Of a stretch of 35,286 bases of DNA, positions 29,402 through 35,143 are shown piece after piece. Each line of letters opens with the position of its first letter. Positions within the stretch are counted from its first letter, which is position 1. The notes beneath the pieces were generated by a model, which searched no databases, was not told the DNA's origin, and was given only the letters and a program-made list of their open reading frames with translations. Source of the stretch: an uncultured Thioalkalispiraceae bacterium (GTDB lineage: Bacteria; Pseudomonadota; Gammaproteobacteria; UBA6429; Thiohalophilaceae); the NCBI GenBank assembly GCA_964472525.1, contig CAYYLL010000033.1:1-35286 (forward strand). Direction: 5' to 3'. The position numbers and the translations under genes are program-made.

Positions 29402-29465
29402 TGGTGCGCCCGGTCAGATGACCCAACAATAAGTTTAGTGCGTTTGCCAATTACGCCACGAGCGC
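29402..29465 (-). other. 64-nt tRNA-like relic (acceptor GCGCTCG/CGGGCGC + ACCA, D-arm GCGT-N9-ACGC, short hairpin GGTCA-TCT-TGACC; no proper anticodon arm)
   Basis: Seen directly; too short for a full cloverleaf. Confidence 0.3.
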
Positions 29466-29507
29466 TTTATTTACTATTTTCACTTACAACCAATTATCTT
29501 TTGAAAT

Positions 29508-29581
29508 TGGCTGAGGATCATGGATTTGAACCAGGACTACGAGTGTCAAAGACTCGCGTGCTACCATTACACTAATCCCCA
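29508..29581 (-). tRNA. tRNA-Gln (anticodon UUG), 74 nt, encoded GCCA end
   Basis: Acceptor TGGGGAT/ATCCTCA, D-arm GTGT-AATGGTA-GCAC, anticodon arm CGAGT-CTTTGAC-ACTCG, T-arm CCTGG-TTCAAAT-CCATG (one C.U mismatch), discriminator G. Confidence 0.65.
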
Positions 29582-29737
29582 ATATTTTATTGGTACGCCC
29601 CCGGTCGCAACGCACTTCCCTGTTCTCTCGCGACATTCGTATGTCCTATACATCAGATTCGAACTCAGAAAACACTGCGGCCATTATTTAGCCAGCACCA
29701 GCGACGTATGCCAGTTCCGTCATAGGCGCATAAAAAT

Positions 29738-29836
29738 TGGAGCACCTGTGAGGCCGTTTTTGTATGTTTAAATACATTGGCAACCTCAATCTTTCACCTT
29801 CGTAGGGTGATGCTCTTGCATTTAAGCTACAGGCAC
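29738..29836 (-). tRNA. tRNA-Arg(ACG)-like, 99 nt, with a 30-nt insertion (own hairpin) in the T-loop; probable pseudo- or aberrant tRNA
   Basis: Acceptor GTGCCTG/CAGGTGC + T + CCA, D-arm GCT-N10-AGC, anticodon arm TCACC-CTACGAA-GGTGA (perfect), T-stem TGAGG...CCTCA enclosing TTGCCAATGTATTTAAACATACAAAAACGG. Confidence 0.45.
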
Positions 29837-29845
29837 ATTATTAAT

Positions 29846-29920
29846 TGGTCGGTCGCAAGAGACTCTAACTCTTACCTTCTGGATTAAAAGTCCAGTGTGC
29901 TTTCATTACACCAGCGGCCG
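29846..29920 (-). tRNA. tRNA-Lys (anticodon UUU), 75 nt, atypical core (no G18G19, T-loop TTAGAGT lacks C56, one C.A acceptor mismatch)
   Basis: Acceptor CGGCCGC/GCGACCG, D-arm GTGT-AATGAAA-GCAC, anticodon arm CTGGA-CTTTTAA-TCCAG, T-arm AAGAG-TTAGAGT-CTCTT, A + CCA. Confidence 0.6.
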
Positions 29921-29984
29921 GAATTATTTTCTTAATACGTTTTAACTTAATGACAGCAATAAATTGTTTCTTTGATAGCTTCAT
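29865..29984 (-). CDS. 39-codon ORF (MKLSKKQFIAVIKLKRIKKIIPAAGVMKAHWTFNPEGKS) with strong SD GAGGAGGG; 3' half is co-linear with tRNA-Lys
   Basis: SD 5 nt upstream of ATG; ORF may be fortuitous or a relic. Confidence 0.2.
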   Translation of the reverse strand: MKLSKKQFIAVIKLKRIKKIIPAAGVMKAHWTFNPEGKS

Positions 29985-30015
29985 TTAATCCCTCCTCTGT
30001 TTAATAAACATTAAT

Positions 30016-30183
30016 TTAGGCATGCGGTCGAATTAAATGTAATAAATCATCTAGTTTTGGATTATTACGATTCTCGATCCATGCATTTGCAAGTAACCAA
30101 CGTAAATTAGCTTGCGTTGGAACTGTTCTGTTCTCTGGCACATTGACTTGTTGAATGAGTCGTCTGTACTTGTTAATTTCAAT
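30016..30183 (-). CDS. 55-aa ORF in TTG frame (LEINKYRRLIQQVNVPENRTVPTQANLRWLLANAWIENRNNPKLDDLLHLIRPHA) preceded by SD AAGAGGAG and a 6-codon ATG mini-ORF (MNNIGN*) in the -1 frame; probably frameshifted small gene
   Basis: Seen directly; strong SD belongs to the ATG at 30191-30193, whose frame stops after 6 codons. Confidence 0.2.
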   Translation of the reverse strand: MEINKYRRLIQQVNVPENRTVPTQANLRWLLANAWIENRNNPKLDDLLHLIRPHA

Positions 30184-30212
30184 ATTGTTCATAACGAACT
30201 CCTCTTTAGTTT

Positions 30213-30289
30213 GGGGCGATCAAACGGGTTCGAACCGATATCCACATAATTCACAGTTATGGACTTTACCTATTAAGCTATAATCGCCA
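30213..30289 (-). tRNA. tRNA-His (anticodon GUG) with G-1 and discriminator C73, encoded CCA
   Basis: G(-1)+acceptor GCGATTA/TGATCGC, D-arm GCTT-AATAGGTA-AAGT, anticodon arm CATAA-CTGTGAA-TTATG (perfect), T-arm ATCGG-TTCGAAC-CCGTT (1 mismatch), C-CCA; G-1:C73 is the His identity hallmark. Confidence 0.75.
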
Positions 30290-30407
30290 TTATTAAAAAA
30301 TTGGTCTGGATGTCTGGCTGCTCATGTGCATCCATGCACCCGCAGCATTTGTACATCCCTGTACATCATTTAAACTTGCGATATCTCCGTTCACTTTAAT
30401 ATAGTAC

Positions 30408-30443
30408 TGGCGGAGAACTCTAATCAGACTGAGCTATACCCAG
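30408..30443 (-). other. tRNA 5'-half fragment (acceptor + D-arm: CTGGGTATAGCTCAGTCTGATTAGAGTTC) followed by long hairpin; no matching 3' half
   Basis: GCTCAGT D-arm motif; no T-arm or acceptor complement downstream; adjacent palindromes TGTACA-GGGA-TGTACA and GTGCAT-GG-ATGCAC. Confidence 0.3.
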
Positions 30444-30466
30444 ATAAATCGAATACAATGGTGTTA

Positions 30467-30631
30467 TTAAATAGCACTCATTAATGCCATTAAAGAACAC
30501 CACTCTTTCTTCAATTTTTGCTTCTCAATTCTTCGTTTTGCTTTATCCGACTTTTCATGCACACCACCTTTAAACATCAATGGATGATTATGAAAAGGAT
30601 TTCGTGGTTTACTATCTTTTAATTTACTCAT
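30467..30631 (-). CDS. small basic protein (54 aa, MSKLKDSKPRNPFHNHPLMFKGGVHEKSDKAKRRIEKQKLKKEWCSLMALMSAI)
   Basis: Internal ATG of the 102-aa table ORF with SD GGAGAAAAG; longer version would overlap tRNA-Asn. Confidence 0.4.
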   Translation of the reverse strand: MSKLKDSKPRNPFHNHPLMFKGGVHEKSDKAKRRIEKQKLKKEWCSLMALMSAI

Positions 30632-30651
30632 CGCTTTTCTCCTATATAAAT

Positions 30652-30726
30652 TGGCTCCTAGAGTCAGACTCGAACTGACATACAACTCCTTAACAGGGAG
30701 CCCACCTACCAATAGTGCATCTAGGA
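30652..30726 (-). tRNA. tRNA-Asn (anticodon GUU), 75 nt, encoded CCA
   Basis: Acceptor TCCTAGA/TCTAGGA (perfect), D-arm CACT-ATTGGTA-GGTG, anticodon arm GCTCC-CTGTTAA-GGAGT, T-arm GTCAG-TTCGAGT-CTGAC (perfect), G + CCA. Confidence 0.8.
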
Positions 30727-30854
30727 ATAATATGTAAGTTGTTATACGAATCGGCTTCCCACAACCGATACCCATAAGGTTTCCCCCGAAGGTTTTGCTT
30801 TACTTACCTTAATGTTGCGTAGGTAGTTACGCGAATAAACAACAAAACAGGCTC

Positions 30855-31013
30855 AAAACCCAACCAAGTGCTACCACACTTTCGTATAACAACTTGCACA
30901 CAATTACATATTTCTAAACAACACTTGGGTTTACATAAGTGCCAGTAAAATGAAAAACTGGCACTAAAAAACCCAACCAAGTGTTACCACACTTTCGTAT
31001 AACAACTTGCACA
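30855..31013. repeat. two direct copies (30855-30900 and 30967-31013, one mismatch) of a ~47-bp element AAAACCCAACCAAGTG(C/T)TACCACACTTTCGTATAACAACTTGCACA; partial inverted copy at 30736-30750 next to tRNA-Asn
   Basis: Seen directly; each copy followed about 40-90 bp later by hairpin AGTGCCAGT-N10/11-ACTGGCACT (30938-30965 and 31106-31134). Confidence 0.6.
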
Positions 31014-31076
31014 TCTATTTATGCTCATTCGTTTTCTTACAAATCCATTTATTACATACATGCCTTTTTCAAAGAC

Positions 31077-31102
31077 GAAACCGAATAAACCTATTCGGTT
31101 TC
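31077..31102. repeat. perfect 11-bp-arm hairpin GAAACCGAATA-AACC-TATTCGGTTTC
   Basis: Seen directly. Confidence 0.5.
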
Positions 31103-31140
31103 ATAAGTGCCAGTAAGATAAAAAAACTGGCACTAAAAAA

Positions 31141-31176
31141 CCCCGTTAGTTATTCACCTAACGGGGTTCTTGTTTA
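31141..31176. terminator. bidirectional rho-independent terminator (CCCCGTTAG-N8-CTAACGGGG flanked by A-run upstream and TTCTTGTTT downstream); a second 9-bp GC stem follows at 31182-31212
   Basis: Seen directly; T-tracts on both strands. Confidence 0.55.
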
Positions 31177-31230
31177 GTTCCCGCGAAAGGCATGTTATGT
31201 CAGCCTTTCGCGATAGTGATTTGCAAAAAG

Positions 31231-31413
31231 CTATGTCATACCGAGGGTGTCCTGGTATGAGTTTGTATGTTCATTTGTTGTCAAAGATGTTTTTTGTTCA
31301 GTAGACACAATTGCTCGCATCAATTTCAGTGAGGCACACGGATCTATATCCCCTGCCACCAATAAATTGGGTCGAATATTTAAAGTTAAAATTGTGTTTC
31401 CAAATAAATTCAT
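31231..31413 (-). CDS. small hypothetical protein (60 aa, MNLFGNTILTLNIRPNLLVAGDIDPCASLK...) divergent from the HTH-XRE gene
   Basis: Start moved to internal ATG with strong SD GGAGGT (5 nt spacing); upstream extension lacks SD. Confidence 0.45.
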   Translation of the reverse strand: MNLFGNTILTLNIRPNLLVAGDIDPCASLKLMRAIVSTEQKTSLTTNEHTNSYQDTLGMT

Positions 31414-31542
31414 GTTTACCTCCAAATGAATAGCGCAATTATAGTTATGAATTTCAAGAATGCAAGCTTTATTTTCAAGTTTCTTGTACAATATTTTATA
31501 GCATTACACACACTTATATTGAGTTTAAATTTAGGATTAAAA

Positions 31543-32139
31543 ATGGCAGACAAAAAAAATCCAACTGCAATACAAATTGGCCAACGTATTAAGCAAGCAC
31601 GAAAGATGGCAGGGTTTAATACCGCCGCACAATTGCTAGATAAGATTAAAGATTGGGGAACTGGGCGATTAGGGAATTACGAAGCAGGTATATCACTTCC
31701 CTCCCCCGATGATGTAAAGATAATATCAAAGGTAACAGGCTCATCACCCTGCTGGATAATGTTTGGTTTAGGCCCAATCCGTTCTACAGGCAGAGATTTA
31801 CAAGCAATACGACACCAAAATTTCATTTATATATTTGATAGCTGTAAAACAAAGAAAGGATCTATTACTAAATTCTTAAATGCTATTGGATTATCCAGAA
31901 AAAAAATTGAAGAACATATCAACAACCCTTTCCTAACAATTCCTGATCGTACAGCACATAAATGTGAAAAATTTTACAAGAAACCTGTTAACTGGTTAGA
32001 TGAACAACATGTAGAATCCGATCCTATCTGCGCTGCCTTCCCTGAAGATATGCGCCATGTTATGGAAATTTACTCTTGCTTAACAAAAGAACAACGAATA
32101 ATGTTTCTAAAAATGGCTGATGTCATTAGCTCATCGTAA
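31543..32139 (+). CDS. HTH-XRE family DNA-binding protein (phage-repressor-like N-terminal HTH, unknown C-terminal domain)
   Basis: HTH IQIGQRIKQARKMAGFNTAAQLLDKI; start set at MADKKNP (AGGA upstream) rather than the 39-aa hydrophobic extension. Confidence 0.6.
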   Translation: MADKKNPTAIQIGQRIKQARKMAGFNTAAQLLDKIKDWGTGRLGNYEAGISLPSPDDVKIISKVTGSSPCWIMFGLGPIRSTGRDLQAIRHQNFIYIFDSCKTKKGSITKFLNAIGLSRKKIEEHINNPFLTIPDRTAHKCEKFYKKPVNWLDEQHVESDPICAAFPEDMRHVMEIYSCLTKEQRIMFLKMADVISSS

Positions 32140-32245
32140 AAAATGATGTCAAAGTATGTTCTATAGCTAAATAACTGTATATAGAAACGCAGCATATTGT
32201 CACACTATAAAATAGCCAATAAATACTTCAAACTATTACTCATTA

Positions 32246-32980
32246 TCATACACGTGTAAGTGACTTAAATATTTCAGCATCCCAAGGACGCATTGCAAGC
32301 ATAAAACCTACAGAGTGACGTTTATCTAACGGCAACTTAACATCATGTCTTAACAGTTCTGTAAATTCCTTAGCAAGTATTTGCATCTTACTCATTAATT
32401 GCTGCAACGATGCATCACTTAATAAACCATACAAAAATAATCGCTGCTCCATATCACCATTAAATCGTGATTTTAAAAAATGACCTTGCAACTGAGATGC
32501 AAAAAATCGTTCAATCGGTCCATCTGACAACCAGCGAAAATCTTCAGAGATACGTAGCTTAATCCGATTGTTCGGTAATAAATCAATAATTTTCAGTCTA
32601 TCCAACTGTGCGAGAGATTGAATGCATTCAGCTTCGGTAAGATGATACTGAGACAAGATATCCGAAAAACTGAAATGGTTACGTACGCTCACAGCGACTA
32701 ATAACAACTTAACATCAGCCACAAGCTTCTCTTCTTGCTCATAGGTTAGCTGGGTTATATGCTGCCGTGAGTCTTCATAAAGCTGGAACAAATCAGATAG
32801 CTCCATTTGCATTATCTGGCAGATATCCTCCAGCCGTTCCAGGGTGAAACGTTTCGATGCAAACTGACGCTTTACATTAGCCTCACTCATACCCAGCGCT
32901 TCACCCACATCAGCGTAAGTTAGATTATAAGTCTTTAGCGCCTGTTTTAAAGTTGCTATAAGTGCTGCTGTCTGCGCCAT
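32246..32980 (-). CDS. XRE-family transcriptional regulator (N-terminal HTH + uncharacterised C-terminal domain), divergent from the pspA-like operon
   Basis: HTH LTYADVGEALGMSEANVKRQFASKRFTLERLEDICQIMQMELSDLF. Confidence 0.6.
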   Translation of the reverse strand: MAQTAALIATLKQALKTYNLTYADVGEALGMSEANVKRQFASKRFTLERLEDICQIMQMELSDLFQLYEDSRQHITQLTYEQEEKLVADVKLLLVAVSVRNHFSFSDILSQYHLTEAECIQSLAQLDRLKIIDLLPNNRIKLRISEDFRWLSDGPIERFFASQLQGHFLKSRFNGDMEQRLFLYGLLSDASLQQLMSKMQILAKEFTELLRHDVKLPLDKRHSVGFMLAMRPWDAEIFKSLTRV

Positions 32981-33113
32981 AGAAGCTCTCCAATGCCTTA
33001 AAGTATCGTATTTATATACCTATATACCACTTATTGTCACCTTTTTCCACTGGAGTTTATTTATTTGCTTCTATGTCCCACACTTCTAAAACAAACTACA
33101 AGAGGGAACCACC

Positions 33114-33770
33114 ATGTCAATATTCAAACGTCTTAGCACCACTATCGCCGCTCAACTTGACCACGTCGTCGGAGAAATCGAAAACCACGATGCTATTGTT
33201 AAAGCCAGCATCTCTGATTTAAAGAAGAAAATCGTAGAAGCTAAAGTACGACTCGACCATGTACGTAATGAAGTAAACCGACTACAAAACCAAGTTTCCC
33301 AACATCAAACCGATGCCAAACGTTGGCAGTCACGTGCAATCGAGTGTGCACATACAGACGAGCAAAAAGCTCTGTCTTGTGTAAGCCGGGCACATCAATG
33401 CGAACAACAAATATCTCAACTCGAATCAGCCGTTAACCAATATCAACAATCAGCTAAAAAGCTAGATCAAGATATTAATGCCGCAGAAAACCGTGCACGA
33501 GAGCTTAAACAAAAACATGATTTAATGCGTGCACGTCAGTCCAGTTGCGCAACACTAAAAGTTACTCAGGACACAAGTGAAGATTCAACATCCATGCTAT
33601 GTGATACCTTTGACCGCTGGGATATTAAGTTGCGTCAAACCGAATTGTCAATCGACGCACAACCTCATATCGATTCACTTGAACAAGAGTTTGTTCAACA
33701 AGAGCAAGAAGATGAATTACGTCATGCCTTGGATGACTTATTAAAAAATAATCAGGAGGAAATAAAATGA
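33114..33770 (+). CDS. PspA/IM30 (phage-shock protein A / Vipp1) family protein
   Basis: N-terminus MSIFKRLSTTIAAQLD... parallels PspA [20 protein letters not shown]; all-helical coiled-coil 218 aa. Confidence 0.65.
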   Translation: MSIFKRLSTTIAAQLDHVVGEIENHDAIVKASISDLKKKIVEAKVRLDHVRNEVNRLQNQVSQHQTDAKRWQSRAIECAHTDEQKALSCVSRAHQCEQQISQLESAVNQYQQSAKKLDQDINAAENRARELKQKHDLMRARQSSCATLKVTQDTSEDSTSMLCDTFDRWDIKLRQTELSIDAQPHIDSLEQEFVQQEQEDELRHALDDLLKNNQEEIK

Positions 33771-35104
33771 ATCATTACAGTGAACAACCCGCATTCGATG
33801 ATTCCAATCATTCAATCACATCCACTGATTTTGCATGGATGAAAAAATTACCAGACTTATTGCGCATTCTAGGAACCGGTGCATTATTAATCGCGATGTA
33901 CAGTTTTTTAATCAAAGGTTGGGATAATGGCAATGATACATTTCGTTATCTATTAATGCTTGGTCACACTGGATTACTTGCCGCAATTGGGCTAGCCAGT
34001 GGCCATTGGTTAAAGGAAAGTAAAGGAGCCAGATTACTGCTAACACTCGCATTAGTCTCGGTCCCCGCAAACTTCGCTATTTTAGGTGCTTTTATTTTCT
34101 CACAAGCCAGCGGAGTTGATTTAAGCCAATATCCTAACTATATCGCCTGGTCTGTCGACAGTATGCAAACAGCTTTACTAACGAGTGGTGGCGCATTATT
34201 TATTTTATTTCCTGTCACCTTATTAGGTTTTACTGTCTTAGCACGCAGCATGTCTAAACGTTTAACCCTATTATTTTTGCTCAGTAATGCTGTACTGCTC
34301 TTACCAGTTCGCGATCCCGTAATGGTGGGTTTAATGGTATTAGCATTAACCATTATGACAATCATCTTGGCACACAAATCATCACAACAGCACATTGCCG
34401 CAAAGACACAAGAAGGAATTACAGCATTAGGTTTGCAAGCCCTTCCCTTAGCTATCTTAATGGGTCGCACCCTGTGGTTGTATTCTGCTGATATGCTCCT
34501 ATTAACGGTAATGACAATAACCACCTATATTGTCCTGCGCCAAGCATCTATGTTCTTCAATAATGAATCGCGTTTAAAGAAAATTCTAGATGCCCTATCA
34601 TTAATCCCTGCCATCATTACGGCACCATTTTTAGCCACAACGTTAACTGATGCTAATTGGCCAATTGATGCATTAATATTACCAATCGCTACGATTGCTT
34701 CAGCTATCATGATTTATGACATTGCACAACGTAATGATAAAAGTGCGACGACTTATCGCTGGATAGCAGCATTAATGGTGGTAACAGGCATGGGGATTAA
34801 CATGCTATTCCATTCAGGTGTAATTGCTGCAATAAGTTGCATTACAGCAGGTGTTGGATTGTTAGCCCTTGGGTATATGAACAAACAGCGCAGTTTCTTC
34901 ATTAATGGTTTCATTTTAATAATGATTGGTATAGCTCAACAGTTATATGAACTAGTACACAACTTTAACTTAGGTAGCTGGGCAAGTATGGCTGTAATGG
35001 GCGTAATCACTATTGTCGTTGCTTCTATTATTGAAGCTAAAGGTAATTACTTATATCAGCACTTCTCAAACTGGAAAAATAGCTTTAAACAGTGGGAAGG
35101 TTAA
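33767..35104 (+). CDS. polytopic inner-membrane protein (445 aa, about 12 hydrophobic segments), translationally coupled to the PspA-like gene (ATGA overlap)
   Basis: Hydrophobic helices throughout; start overlaps upstream stop. Confidence 0.6.
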   Translation: MNHYSEQPAFDDSNHSITSTDFAWMKKLPDLLRILGTGALLIAMYSFLIKGWDNGNDTFRYLLMLGHTGLLAAIGLASGHWLKESKGARLLLTLALVSVPANFAILGAFIFSQASGVDLSQYPNYIAWSVDSMQTALLTSGGALFILFPVTLLGFTVLARSMSKRLTLLFLLSNAVLLLPVRDPVMVGLMVLALTIMTIILAHKSSQQHIAAKTQEGITALGLQALPLAILMGRTLWLYSADMLLLTVMTITTYIVLRQASMFFNNESRLKKILDALSLIPAIITAPFLATTLTDANWPIDALILPIATIASAIMIYDIAQRNDKSATTYRWIAALMVVTGMGINMLFHSGVIAAISCITAGVGLLALGYMNKQRSFFINGFILIMIGIAQQLYELVHNFNLGSWASMAVMGVITIVVASIIEAKGNYLYQHFSNWKNSFKQWEG

Positions 35105-35110
35105 GGAACA

Positions 35111-35143
35111 TGTATGCCAAGAAAATATATCTTGGCATACATA
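35111..35143. repeat. perfect 12-bp-arm palindrome ATGTATGCCAAG-AAAATATAT-CTTGGCATACAT immediately after the membrane-protein stop
   Basis: Seen directly; not followed by a T-run. Confidence 0.5.

Noticed and set aside
29590-29737. TTCGAA-containing stretch that looked like a further tRNA (GAGTTCGAATCTGA..., and ...GGGGGCGTACCA on minus strand)
   Set aside because: Sequences flanking TTCGAA are direct, not inverted (TCTGA...TCTGA), so no T-stem; no consistent acceptor/anticodon pairing found. Possibly a further decayed tRNA but not supportable.
29520-29771. 83-aa plus-strand ORF
   Set aside because: Runs antisense across tRNA-Gln and the tRNA-Arg-like gene.
30467-30775. Full 102-aa version of the small basic ORF
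   Set aside because: N-terminal 48 codons are the antisense of nothing but the same-strand tRNA-Asn; internal ATG at 30631 has a good SD, so the short form is preferred.
30855-31013. Possible CRISPR array
   Set aside because: Only two 47-bp repeats with a 66-bp spacer containing its own hairpin; no cas genes; repeat too long and irregular.
31426-31542. N-terminal 39-aa extension of the HTH-XRE ORF
   Set aside because: Hydrophobic low-complexity extension without SD, overlapping the divergent small gene's start region; ATG at 31543 with AGGA is preferred.
21655-32245. Direct repeat of the tRNA-Arg 3' end marking the far island boundary
   Set aside because: Could not find a copy of ...TTCGAATCGTCTTCGGGGCACCA by eye; boundary left undefined.
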